Positions 28,414-38,306 are shown, counted from the first letter of the stretch. The stretch is DNA of 53,086 nt from Pseudomonadota bacterium (GCA_040385975.1 JAZKGJ010000073.1:1-53086), one strand, 5' to 3'. Program-made: numbers and translations. Notes: generated from the letters alone by a model not told the origin.

Positions 28414-30494
28414 AATTTGCCGGTGATCGATAGCCCGAAGATCAGTCCGTAATAACGGTCGCGGCTTTCGGTGAAGGCGAGGCCGTTGGTGCGGCGGCCA
28501 TTGTAGAATTCGCGCTCGAACGATTCGTTGGTGTTGAGCAGGCCGTAGAGCGAGCCGCGCACGGTCAGCCCCAGAACGTCCTTGTTCTCCACGAAGATAC
28601 CGACTCCGCCCGGCGAATTCCGCGACAGGAACCGCTGGTCCAGCCGGTAGCCGTAAGCCTGCCGGAAATCCTCGTAGCTGGCGCCATACGCCCATGCGGT
28701 CTTGGGGATGTCGTGGCGGAAGTTGACGTTGACGAACCGCGTCGTCTGTTCGCTGATCTCGCGGCGAATGCCGGTCAGCGGGTCGGTCAGCCGGCTGCGC
28801 TGGAAGATCAGGTCGGCGTCGATCTTCGCGCCCTTGAAGCCGAGTGGGTCGAGGTTGAGCGTGCCGGTGATCTGCGTCCCGTAGCGCACCGCGCTGTCGA
28901 GGTTGCCCGGCGCCTGTCCGGTCGCGCCGATCGGGATGACGTCGACGATGTCGCTGATGAAGCGGACGTAGCCGCGCGCGTTGACCGTGCCCCAGGCGCC
29001 GAGGTTGCGGGTCGCCGCCAGGTCGATGTTCCACGCCTGCGGCGGCACGAGATTGGCATTGCCGGCGTTGGTCGTGCCCGCGCTGATGTTGCCCGAGGCG
29101 ACGAAATCGAAAAAGTTGAGCTGACCGACGACGCGCTCGACCTTCAATGACAGATCGAGCTTGGGCGACGGCTTCCACGCGAGCGACGCCGACCCCTTGG
29201 GCCGGACGAAATTGCGGGTCAGACCGTTCGGTCCCGACTGGCTGAGTTCCGAATATTCCGCGCCCAGCGAGGCCTGTAGCGTCAGCGTACGCGACAGCGG
29301 CCGGCCGTAGCTGAGGATTGCTTCGGCGCGCTTTTCCTCGACCTTGGATTCGGAGCCGGGGAAGGGAATCGGCTGAAACACGCCCGCCGCATCGGCGGAG
29401 AACAAGGCGTTGGAAACGTCGAGCGCATTGTAGGCGCCTTCGAGCGAAATCTGCCAGTCGGCCTTGCCGCCCTTCCAGCGGAATTCGCTGCGCGCAATCG
29501 TTTCCTGCTCGCTTGCGTCCTGGACATAGCGGTCGCCGGATGACGGGGCCATGTTGGCGAAATCGACCGTGAGCAATTGCGTATAGTCGGTCGTGTTGGC
29601 GCGTCGCAGGCCGATGAATTTCAGCTTTCCGCCGAAGACGCCGAATTCGTAATCGCCGCCGAGTTCGTAGCTGGGTTGCTCCAGCCGTTCCTTCAGCCGG
29701 CGGTCGCGATCGACCAGCCCGGGGCCGGTGCGCAGCGAGATCTCGGCGAGATCCTGACGGAAATACTGCGCCGAGCCGTTGAGATTCCAGACCGCACCGC
29801 TGTCGTTGACGTGGTGGAGCCGGCCGCTGAGCTTGGGCGATTCGGTGCTGATCCGCAGGTCCTCGGCGCGGCGGTCGGTGATCGTGCCGTTGGGCAGGAA
29901 CACGACTTCGGGACCGTTGTTGCCGTTGCGGCGGCTGTCGTTGCCCAGCGACACGGTGTAATCGGCACCGGCGATCTTGCCGTTTACCGAGACTTCACCG
30001 CGGGTCAGCAGCGCGGGCAGGCGGCGGGCGCGGATTTCGGGGCGGTAGGCGAACGAGCCGCTGATGCCGCCGGAAACCGACACGATGTTGGCGACTTGCC
30101 CCGACAGCCCCGGCACGTCGAGCGTCGCGCCATCGACGATCTCTATGCGCGTGACATTGGCGGCGGAGATGCGGCCAAGTTCGGTGACGACGTCGTTCGA
30201 CTTGCCCGAAAAGCGCTCACCGTTGAGCAGGACGTTGCCGGTCGCCTGGCCCAGCCCGCGCTGATCGGCCTGCTCGCGAATCGTGAAGCCGGGCACCTGA
30301 CGAAGCATGTCGAGCGCGGTCTTGGGCGCGAAGCGCGCGAAATCGGCCGGGGTGTAGGTCTTCGCACCTTCGACCGCGGCGGGCAGCGTCGCGACCGGCG
30401 GCGGAGCGTCGGCGGCAGGCGCGGGCGGCTGGTCCGCGGCGGGCGTGGCCTGTGCGGTCGCCGCCATTAGGCCCAAGATCAGATGCTGCGCCAT
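28410..30494 (-). CDS. TonB-dependent receptor-like outer-membrane protein
   Basis: Plug motifs DMLRQVPGF, VLLNGER, RIEIVDG; GNANLVP; terminal strand GLSITGKF. Confidence 0.85.
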   Translation of the reverse strand: MAQHLILGLMAATAQATPAADQPPAPAADAPPPVATLPAAVEGAKTYTPADFARFAPKTALDMLRQVPGFTIREQADQRGLGQATGNVLLNGERFSGKSNDVVTELGRISAANVTRIEIVDGATLDVPGLSGQVANIVSVSGGISGSFAYRPEIRARRLPALLTRGEVSVNGKIAGADYTVSLGNDSRRNGNNGPEVVFLPNGTITDRRAEDLRISTESPKLSGRLHHVNDSGAVWNLNGSAQYFRQDLAEISLRTGPGLVDRDRRLKERLEQPSYELGGDYEFGVFGGKLKFIGLRRANTTDYTQLLTVDFANMAPSSGDRYVQDASEQETIARSEFRWKGGKADWQISLEGAYNALDVSNALFSADAAGVFQPIPFPGSESKVEEKRAEAILSYGRPLSRTLTLQASLGAEYSELSQSGPNGLTRNFVRPKGSASLAWKPSPKLDLSLKVERVVGQLNFFDFVASGNISAGTTNAGNANLVPPQAWNIDLAATRNLGAWGTVNARGYVRFISDIVDVIPIGATGQAPGNLDSAVRYGTQITGTLNLDPLGFKGAKIDADLIFQRSRLTDPLTGIRREISEQTTRFVNVNFRHDIPKTAWAYGASYEDFRQAYGYRLDQRFLSRNSPGGVGIFVENKDVLGLTVRGSLYGLLNTNESFEREFYNGRRTNGLAFTESRDRYYGLIFGLSITGKF

Positions 30495-30606
30495 TCGCCC
30501 CCCCGGAGTTCGGCCTATCGTTGTCGTTCACAGCTGTAAACGTCCCGCCGGATGAACGGCAGTTGAACGGTGTGTCAGTTACATAATACGCTTTGCAGGC
30601 GAGCGT

Positions 30607-32253
30607 TCAGCGGCAGGCGTTTCCGGCGACTTCCGGCAGGCACTTTCCATCGACCGCGCCCGCCGCCAGCGGCAGCGCGATCAGCGCGGCGAGGGTCGGG
30701 GCGATATCGATGGTCTCGATCGCCCGCGTCGGCCGGGCCGGGATCATTCCCCTGCGCCAGAACAGGATCGGCACGCGCCGGTCATAGTCCCAGAAGCTCC
30801 CGTGGGTCGCGACATAGCCCTTGGTCGGGTCGGCGATCGGCGTGACATTCTTCTTCAGCACAATCTGGAACACGCCCGATCGCTGCGGGTCGTACGACGC
30901 ACGCGCACGCTCGAGCAATGTCCATTGGTCGGGGGGCGTGGTGGCGAGCGGCGTCGCGGCTATCTCCCGCGCGGTCAGGATGGTCTCGACCTGCGGATGC
31001 GCCCTGGCGACGCGGATCGCTTCGGTCTCGACCCGGGCGCGGTCTGCGGCGGACAGCTTGGGGTCGATCCACACATCGCCGATCGAGCCGCCCCACAGCA
31101 ATTGCCCGCTCAGCCCGAATTTCGCGGCGATCGCTTCACCGATCAGCTTGGGCGTGAAGTTGGGGTCGATTCGCTGCGCATCGGGCACGCCGTTCAGGCG
31201 CGCGCGTTCGGGCAGGTCGAGCCCGGCATGGTCGGCGGTCAGGACGACGGCGTAGTCGAGCTTCAGCCGGTCGAGCACGCGGAAGAAATCGCCAAGATCG
31301 CGGTCGAGCGAGGCGAGCTGGATACACGTCTCCAGCCCGCCCGGACCGTAGGTATGGCCGACATAATCGGTCGCCGACGCGCCGATCGAAATGATGTCGG
31401 TGACGCTGCCGCGGCCCAGCCGTCCATCGGCGATCAGCCGCGCGGCGAGCGCCAGCGTCGCGCCATCGAACGCGGGCGACGCGCGCCAACCGCGGGCGTC
31501 CCCGGCGGCGCGTGCGAAGCGGCCGGTGCCGACGGTCTTGCCGCCGCCGATGTCGATCGCCTTGTCGCGCGCCGCGCACCATGCGGGCGGGGTCAGCGCG
31601 GTCGCGGGAGCGGCGATCTGCGCCGCGACGCCGGTGTTGATCTGGGTCACCGCAGCCGGTGCGGCGCGACCGGCGTAGCTGGCGAACGCCTTGCCGTCCC
31701 ACCACCACAATTGATCGACCGCGTGGCCACCCATCATCACCGCCGCGCGGTCCTTGCCGGCGACCGAATAGACCCGCGTCGCGGGCCGCCACGCCTTCAT
31801 CCGCTCGCCCAGCGTCGGCACGCGCAGGTGCTTGTCCGAAACGGTGTAGGCGGTCGAAGTCGAGCCGGGGACGAACTCGTCCTCCGCGCAATAGACGGTC
31901 TTGTCGGTGCGCGCGGTGTTCAGGTCGACCCAGTCGTTGGCGATGATGCCGGTGCGGGTCGGGCGGTCGCCGGTCGTGATCGTCGAATGGCCCGGACACG
32001 TCTCGGTCGCGGCATGGCTCTGATAGCCCGAAGCGAACGCGATTCCGCCCGCCATCCGCGCGAGACCGCCCGTAACCGTCGGGCGATAGGTTTCGAATAG
32101 CTCGGCAGAGAATTGATCGACCGAGATCACGACCAGCAATTTCGGCGCGGGTTGCAACGCAGGAGCGGCCGGAGTGACCGGGACCGGCAGGCGTTGCTGC
32201 GCGGCGGCCGGCACGGCGAGCGCCAGCAACATCGTGAGGGCGGGTATACGCAA
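30607..32253 (-). CDS. Alkaline phosphatase superfamily, PafA/PhoK type
   Basis: ISVDQF, TETCPGHSTI (Thr nucleophile), KDRAA, DYVGH, TADH, THGS; start TTG 32253 or ATG 32232. Confidence 0.9.
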   Translation of the reverse strand: MRIPALTMLLALAVPAAAQQRLPVPVTPAAPALQPAPKLLVVISVDQFSAELFETYRPTVTGGLARMAGGIAFASGYQSHAATETCPGHSTITTGDRPTRTGIIANDWVDLNTARTDKTVYCAEDEFVPGSTSTAYTVSDKHLRVPTLGERMKAWRPATRVYSVAGKDRAAVMMGGHAVDQLWWWDGKAFASYAGRAAPAAVTQINTGVAAQIAAPATALTPPAWCAARDKAIDIGGGKTVGTGRFARAAGDARGWRASPAFDGATLALAARLIADGRLGRGSVTDIISIGASATDYVGHTYGPGGLETCIQLASLDRDLGDFFRVLDRLKLDYAVVLTADHAGLDLPERARLNGVPDAQRIDPNFTPKLIGEAIAAKFGLSGQLLWGGSIGDVWIDPKLSAADRARVETEAIRVARAHPQVETILTAREIAATPLATTPPDQWTLLERARASYDPQRSGVFQIVLKKNVTPIADPTKGYVATHGSFWDYDRRVPILFWRRGMIPARPTRAIETIDIAPTLAALIALPLAAGAVDGKCLPEVAGNACR

Positions 32254-32302
32254 CGCGGGGGGAGACCTTTCAATGACCGGGCAAGCGGGTAATGGGCGAA
32301 GC

Positions 32303-34357
32303 ATGATCGCTCGGCAAGTTTGGTACGCGGCGCTCGGCGCCATCGCGCTGATACTCGGCGCTGACCCCGCTGCGGCGCAGATCGGCGGCGGTGAACGGCA
32401 TGTCGCAATCGAACTGATCGCCGAAACAGATACACCGGCGGCCGGGAGCGAAGTCGAACTGGCCTTCGCCGCGACTCCGGAAAAGGGGTGGCACGGCTAC
32501 TGGCAGAACCCGGGCGACGCCGGGGTCGAGACGATGCTGAAATGGACGCTGTCGGCGGGGGTGAGCGCCGGGCCGCTGCGCTATCCGGTACCGGAGCGGC
32601 TGTTGATCGCGGGGCTGATGAACTATGTGTACGAGGGCCCGTACACCCAGTTCGTGACGCTGAAGGTGCCCGCGGGGCTGGCCGCGGGAACCCGGTTGCC
32701 GGTCGCGGTGACGGTCGATTATCTGGTCTGCACGCGCGAGATCTGCGTGCCCGAACGCGCCGCATTGTCGACCGTCCTGACGGTCGGGGACGGCGCCATC
32801 GAGCCGGCGCGGCGCGCGCAATTCGACGGCTGGCGGCGCGCCTTGCCCAAGCCGCTCGGCTCGACCGCAAACTTTGCGATCGCCGGCGACCGGTTCACGC
32901 TGGCGGTGCCGTTTCCGGGGGGCGCGTCGGCGGACGATGCCTATTTCTATCCACTGACGAGCGGTGCGGTGGATTACGCCGCGCCGCAAAGCGTGACGCG
33001 CGCCGGCGACACGCTGACGCTGACGACCAAGGCTGCGACCGGCAAACCGTCCGAAGTCGCCGGGGTGTTGAGCGCGGGCGGGCGCGGGTTTGTAGTCCGC
33101 GCGGTGCCGGGAGCGCTTGCCGCCGCCGAACCCGAATCGGGGTGGCTGGCGACCGCGGCGCTCGCGTTCCTGGGCGCGGTGGTCGGCGGGCTGATCCTCA
33201 ACATCATGCCGTGCGTGTTCCCGATCCTGAGCCTGAAGGCGTTGAGCCTTGCAAAATCAGGGCAGTCGGAGTCGCACGCGCGCGGCGAGGCGCTGGCCTA
33301 TACCGGCGGCGTCGTCGCGGTTTGCGTCGCGCTCGGCGGGGTGTTGCTGGCAATACGGGCCGGCGGCACGAGTGTCGGCTGGGGGTTCCAGCTGACCGAT
33401 CCGCGCGTGGTGTTCGTGCTGTTGCTGCTGGCGGCGGGGATCGCATTCAATCTGGCCGGGCTGTTCGAGGTGCCCGCGCCCGATGTCGCCAACCGCATGT
33501 CCGCTAACGGAAAGGGCGGCGCGTTCGCGACCGGCGCGCTGGCGGCGTTCGTGGCGACGCCGTGCGCGGGTCCCTTCATGGGGGTCGCGCTCGGCGCGGC
33601 GCTGGTGCTGCCGACCGCGGCGGCGCTGCTGGTGTTCGCGGGACTTGGGCTCGGCATTGCGCTGCCGTTCCTATTGCTCGGTTTCGTGCCGGCGCTGCGG
33701 CAGCGGTTGCCCAAGCCGGGGGCGTGGATGGACACGTTTCGCAAGATCCTGTCGCTGCCGATGTTCGTGACTGCGGTGGCGCTGGCGTGGTTGCTGGGGC
33801 AGCTGGCGGGGAACGACGCGCTCGGCTTCGCGCTGCTCGCGCTGACCGGCTTCGTCGTCGTATTGTGGGCGGCGGGCGTGCGACAGGTGCGCGGGTTGGG
33901 CATCGGCGCGGTGGCGGCGCTGCTGCTGGTCGCGATCGCGGGGGGCGGGGCCTGGCTGGTGCAGCGCGCGCGCGCCGCGCCGGGTGCTCCGGTCGCCGCA
34001 GCGGGCCACGAAGCTTTCAGCGAGACACGCCTCGCCGCACTGCGCGCCGAGGGCAAGCCGGTGTTCGCGTATTTCACCGCCGATTGGTGCCTGACGTGCA
34101 AGGTCAACGAGAAGGTGGCCATCGAGACCGAAGCGGTGCGCGCTGCCTTTGCAAACGCGGGAGTCGTGGTGCTGGTCGGCGACTGGACCGACGGCGACCC
34201 GGCGCTGGGACGCTTCATCGAACGCCACAATCGCGCGGGCGTGCCGCTTTATCTCTGGTACGGCACCAAAGTTTCCGGGGGGGGACTGGCGGAACCGCGC
34301 GTCTTGCCGCAGGTATTGACTCCGGGAACGCTGACCGGATTGACCGAAGGAGGCTGA
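32303..34357 (+). CDS. dsbD: DsbD/ScsB-family protein-disulfide reductase
   Basis: YWQNPGD and CTREIC N-domain; MPCVFP and TPCAGP TM cysteines; ADWCLTC thioredoxin domain. Confidence 0.9.
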   Translation: MIARQVWYAALGAIALILGADPAAAQIGGGERHVAIELIAETDTPAAGSEVELAFAATPEKGWHGYWQNPGDAGVETMLKWTLSAGVSAGPLRYPVPERLLIAGLMNYVYEGPYTQFVTLKVPAGLAAGTRLPVAVTVDYLVCTREICVPERAALSTVLTVGDGAIEPARRAQFDGWRRALPKPLGSTANFAIAGDRFTLAVPFPGGASADDAYFYPLTSGAVDYAAPQSVTRAGDTLTLTTKAATGKPSEVAGVLSAGGRGFVVRAVPGALAAAEPESGWLATAALAFLGAVVGGLILNIMPCVFPILSLKALSLAKSGQSESHARGEALAYTGGVVAVCVALGGVLLAIRAGGTSVGWGFQLTDPRVVFVLLLLAAGIAFNLAGLFEVPAPDVANRMSANGKGGAFATGALAAFVATPCAGPFMGVALGAALVLPTAAALLVFAGLGLGIALPFLLLGFVPALRQRLPKPGAWMDTFRKILSLPMFVTAVALAWLLGQLAGNDALGFALLALTGFVVVLWAAGVRQVRGLGIGAVAALLLVAIAGGGAWLVQRARAAPGAPVAAAGHEAFSETRLAALRAEGKPVFAYFTADWCLTCKVNEKVAIETEAVRAAFANAGVVVLVGDWTDGDPALGRFIERHNRAGVPLYLWYGTKVSGGGLAEPRVLPQVLTPGTLTGLTEGG

Positions 34358-34358
34358 C

Positions 34359-34958
34359 ATGCGTGCTTTGATGGTTGTGACTGCGCTGGCGCTGGCAATT
34401 CCGGCATCGGCGAACATCACCGCGGGTCAGGCCGCGCGCGATTTCAAGCTGCGCGATACCGACGGCAACGTCGTCGCTTTGTCGAAGTACAAGGGCAAGA
34501 CGGTCGTACTGGAGTGGAACAACCCCGGCTGTCCGTTCGTGAAGAAGCATTACGCGTCCGGCAACATGCAGGCGACGCAGGCGGCCGCGAAGGCGCAGGG
34601 CGCGGTGTGGCTGACGATCAATTCGGGCGCGCCGGGCAAGCAGGGCCACATGAGCGGGGCCGAGGCCAAGGCGTTCGTGACGGCCGCGAAGGCGGTGCCG
34701 ACCGACTATCTGCTCGATCCCGCAGGTGTGGTGGGCAAGGCCTATGGCGCGAAAACCACGCCGCAGATCTTCGTCATCCGCGGCAACGGTCAGGTCGCCT
34801 ACCAAGGTGCGATCGACGACAAGCCGACCGCCGACCCGGCCGACATCAAGGCCGCACGCAACCACGTGACCGCGGCGCTGGGCGAATTGCGTGCCGGCAA
34901 GCCGGTCTCGGTCGCGGAGACGCGGTCCTATGGCTGCTCGGTCAAGTACGCCGACTGA
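34359..34958 (+). CDS. Exported redoxin / peroxiredoxin-like (PrxL-like) protein
   Basis: Signal peptide; EWNNPGCPFV, TTPQIFV, YQGAIDD, GCSVKY; AGGAGG SD. Confidence 0.88.
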   Translation: MRALMVVTALALAIPASANITAGQAARDFKLRDTDGNVVALSKYKGKTVVLEWNNPGCPFVKKHYASGNMQATQAAAKAQGAVWLTINSGAPGKQGHMSGAEAKAFVTAAKAVPTDYLLDPAGVVGKAYGAKTTPQIFVIRGNGQVAYQGAIDDKPTADPADIKAARNHVTAALGELRAGKPVSVAETRSYGCSVKYAD

Positions 34959-36455
34959 ATGCCGCGGCGCGGAGCGTTTGACGAAATTCGGGGCTTCGGC
35001 GACGGTCCGCGTCCCGAACTCGACGCGGTCTGCCAGTGGCTAAACGATACCCCGCCCGAAGAATTGGCGCGGCGGCAGCAATCGGCGGAAAGCACCTTCC
35101 GTCAGCTCGGCATCACCTTCGCGGTATACGGCGACAGCGACGCGGGCGAGCGGATCATTCCGTTCGACATCGTGCCGCGGGTCTTCCTGCCCGACGAATG
35201 GGCGCGGCTCAGCGAAGGGCTGATCCAGCGAGTGCAGGCGATCAACCTGTTTCTCGACGACATCTACGGCGAGCGCCGGATCCTGCGTGAAGGCGTGCTG
35301 CCTGAAGAGCTGATCTTCTCCAACCCGCAGTTCCGGCCCGAGATCGCCGGGATGCGCCCGCCGCACGGAATCTGGGCGCATATCTGCGGGATCGACCTGG
35401 TCCGGACCGGGGCGGACGAATTTTTCGTGCTGGAGGACAATGCGCGGACGCCGTCGGGCGTCAGCTACATGCTCGAAAACCGCGAGGCGATGTTGCGGCT
35501 GTGTCCCGAGCTGTTCCGCCAGTTCCGGGTGGCGGCGGTCGACAGCTATCCCGACCGGTTGCTCCAGACGATGCGCTCGGTCGCGCCGCACGGGGTCGGG
35601 GGCAATCCGGTGTGCGTGCTGCTGACCCCAGGGCGCTACAATTCGGCCTATTACGAACATTCGTTCCTGGCCGATTCGATGGGCATCGAGCTGGTCGAGG
35701 GCGCGGACCTGTTCGTCGACGACGATCTGGTGTGGATGCGCACGATCAGCGGGCCGGTGAAGGTCGATGTGATCTACCGCCGGATCGACGACGATTTCCT
35801 CGATCCGCTGGTGTTCCGCCCGGATACTTCGCTGGGCGTGCCCGGGCTGATGGCGGCATACGGCGCGGGCAATGTCGCGATCATCAACGCGCCCGGCAAC
35901 GGCATCGCCGACGACAAGGCGATCTACAGCTTCATGCCCGAGATCGTGAAATTCTACACCGGTGCCGACGCAAAACTGCCCAACGTCGAGACCTATCGCT
36001 GCCGCGAGCCCGACGCCCTGAAATACACGCTCGATCATCTCGATCAGCTGGTGGTGAAGCTGGTCGACGGTTCGGGCGGCTACGGGATGCTGGTCGGGCC
36101 GACCGCGACCAAGGTCGAGATCGCCGATTTCCGCGCCGCGCTGATCGCCGAGCCCGAGCGCTACATCGCACAGCCGACGCTGGCGCTATCGACGGTGCCG
36201 ACGCTGGTCGAGGCGGGGCTGGCGCCGCGCCACGTCGATTTCCGCCCGTTCGTGCTGTCGGGGTCGAAGGGCGTGCAGGTCGTTCCGGGCGGGCTGACCC
36301 GCGTCGCGCTGAAGGACGGGTCGCTGGTCGTCAATTCCAGCCAGGGCGGCGGGACCAAGGACAGCTTTGTGCTGATGCCGCCGATGAGCCAGTCGATGGG
36401 GCCGGGCGGAATGAGCCAGACGCTGGGCGGGATGAGCCAGAGTTTGAAGGCGTGA
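34959..36455 (+). CDS. Circularly permuted type 2 ATP-grasp protein
   Basis: GITFAVY, EDNARTPSGVSY, IYRRIDD, GSGGYG, GGLTRVAL, NSSQGGGTKD. Confidence 0.93.
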   Translation: MPRRGAFDEIRGFGDGPRPELDAVCQWLNDTPPEELARRQQSAESTFRQLGITFAVYGDSDAGERIIPFDIVPRVFLPDEWARLSEGLIQRVQAINLFLDDIYGERRILREGVLPEELIFSNPQFRPEIAGMRPPHGIWAHICGIDLVRTGADEFFVLEDNARTPSGVSYMLENREAMLRLCPELFRQFRVAAVDSYPDRLLQTMRSVAPHGVGGNPVCVLLTPGRYNSAYYEHSFLADSMGIELVEGADLFVDDDLVWMRTISGPVKVDVIYRRIDDDFLDPLVFRPDTSLGVPGLMAAYGAGNVAIINAPGNGIADDKAIYSFMPEIVKFYTGADAKLPNVETYRCREPDALKYTLDHLDQLVVKLVDGSGGYGMLVGPTATKVEIADFRAALIAEPERYIAQPTLALSTVPTLVEAGLAPRHVDFRPFVLSGSKGVQVVPGGLTRVALKDGSLVVNSSQGGGTKDSFVLMPPMSQSMGPGGMSQTLGGMSQSLKA

Positions 36456-36469
36456 AAGCGTCTTTTACC

Positions 36470-36541
36470 CCGTTCGTCCCGAGCGAAGTGGAGAGACCGA
36501 TTCGGGTTGCGCGCTGCCTCGACTTCGCTCGCCACGAACGG
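36470..36541. repeat. Palindromic intergenic element, family B
   Basis: CCGTTCGTCCCGAGCGAAGTGGAG / CTCGACTTCGCTCGCCACGAACGG. Confidence 0.88.
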
Positions 36542-36558
36542 CTTGTATTGCGTCGCTC

Positions 36559-37494
36559 ATGCTGAGCCGGACCGCCGCCTCGCTGTATTGGCTTGGGCGC
36601 TACGTCGAGCGCGCGGATTTCGTGGCGCGGCTGGTCGAGGCGACGGTGCGGCTTGATGTGCTGTCGGCCCGGCCGGCGGGGGAGGCGGCGTGGGCGTCGG
36701 CGCTGGCGGTGACCGAAACCGACGAGGCGTTCGCCGAATCGGGCAAGGACGTGAACCAGAAGAACGTCGCGCGCTTCCTGACGCTCGACGCGTCGCATGG
36801 CGGGTCGGTGATTCACTGCCTCGACATGGCGCGCGGTAATGCGAAGGCGGTGCGGACCGCACTCACGCGCGAAGCCTGGACGACGATCAATCGCGCATGG
36901 CTGATCTTCAACAGCCGCGCGTCGGCCGCGACCGCGACCGCGACGCTCGCGTTGGTCGAAGCGATCGAGGCGGAAACGCGCGGGTTCGAGGGCGCGATAC
37001 ACCGGATGATGCGCAATCAGGCGAGCTGGTTCATCCGGTTGGGGCAGGCGATCGAGCGCGCCGACAACACCGCGCGGCTCATCGACGTTAAATATCATTT
37101 GCTGCTGCCGCCCGACCAGAAGGTCGGCGGGCCGATCGACCGCGATCAATGGACCACGATTCTTCAGACCGTGTCGGCGGTGACCGCGTACCGCTGGCTC
37201 TACAGCGACGGGCTGTCGATCGCGAACGTGATGGACCTGCTGCTGACCCGCCACGAATTGCCGCGCAGCCTGGCGGCGTCGGCGGAGGAGGTGGTCGAGC
37301 TGCTCGGGCTGATCGGCAAGCGCACGGGGTTGCAGGGCGAAGCCGACCGAATGGCGCGGATGCGGCACGCGCGGATGACCAAGACCCGCAGCCGCGAGGT
37401 AATCGCGAGCGGGCTGCACGAGCATCTGAAGGCGTTTCTCGACGAGAATGCCGAGTTGCACCACGCGATCGGGCGGCAGTTCCGCTTCGTCTGA
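36559..37494 (+). CDS. Alpha-E domain protein
   Basis: MLSRTAASLYWLGRYVERA and second LGQAIERAD motif; PRSL. Confidence 0.92.
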   Translation: MLSRTAASLYWLGRYVERADFVARLVEATVRLDVLSARPAGEAAWASALAVTETDEAFAESGKDVNQKNVARFLTLDASHGGSVIHCLDMARGNAKAVRTALTREAWTTINRAWLIFNSRASAATATATLALVEAIEAETRGFEGAIHRMMRNQASWFIRLGQAIERADNTARLIDVKYHLLLPPDQKVGGPIDRDQWTTILQTVSAVTAYRWLYSDGLSIANVMDLLLTRHELPRSLAASAEEVVELLGLIGKRTGLQGEADRMARMRHARMTKTRSREVIASGLHEHLKAFLDENAELHHAIGRQFRFV

Positions 37495-38306
37495 TGCGGC
37501 TGAGCATCGATCACCGCACGACGTACCGGTTCAGCAAGCCGCAGGCGCGGTTGGTGCAGATGCTGCGGCTCACGCCCGAGGACACCCACGATCAGACCGT
37601 CGTCGCGTGGCGGATCGACGTCGATTGCGACGCCCGGCTGCGCAGCGCGCGCGACGGGTTCGGCAACAAGGTGACGATGCTCTACGCCGAAGGGCCGCTC
37701 GACGGATTGGAGATCGCGGTGACCGGCGAAGTGCTGACGAGCGAGACGCCGGGGGTGCTGAAAGGTGCGCTCGACCCGCTGCCGCCGGCGGTATTCTGTC
37801 GCACGACCCCGCTGACCGAGGCCGACGGCGATTTCCTGGGCTTCGTCGAGCGAACCGCGCTGAGCGATAATCCGCTGACCCGGCTGCACGATTTGAACGG
37901 GGCGCTCAACCACCGTTTTCGGATCGTCAACGCTCGCTCGGACCCGGCCCGCACCGCGAGCGCCGCTTTCGCAGAGGAGCGCGTGACGCCGCGCGATCTG
38001 GCGCAGATGATGGTCGCGGCGGCACGCGCGATCGGCGCGCCGGCGCGCTATGTCTCGGGCTATTGCCTGTCGGGATTCGGCGGCGCGTCGCGACCGACCC
38101 CGCATGGCTGGGCGGAGGCCTATGTCGATCGCATCGGCTGGATCGCGTTCGACCCGTGCTTCGGGCTGTCGGCGGATGAGAATTACGTGCGGGTGGCGGT
38201 CGGGCTGGACGCGGCGGGGGCGGCGCCGGTCGCGGGGTCGCGGCTCGGCCCGGGCGACGAAGAGCTTGCGGTCGATGTCAGCGTGGACGCGGTGGGGGAT
38301 AGCTGA
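37494..38306 (+). CDS. Transglutaminase-family protein lacking the catalytic Cys
   Basis: IDHRTTYRF, LRLTP, DGFGN, PARYVSGY, HGWAE, FDP; TGATG coupling to alpha-E. Confidence 0.88.
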   Translation: MRLSIDHRTTYRFSKPQARLVQMLRLTPEDTHDQTVVAWRIDVDCDARLRSARDGFGNKVTMLYAEGPLDGLEIAVTGEVLTSETPGVLKGALDPLPPAVFCRTTPLTEADGDFLGFVERTALSDNPLTRLHDLNGALNHRFRIVNARSDPARTASAAFAEERVTPRDLAQMMVAAARAIGAPARYVSGYCLSGFGGASRPTPHGWAEAYVDRIGWIAFDPCFGLSADENYVRVAVGLDAAGAAPVAGSRLGPGDEELAVDVSVDAVGDS

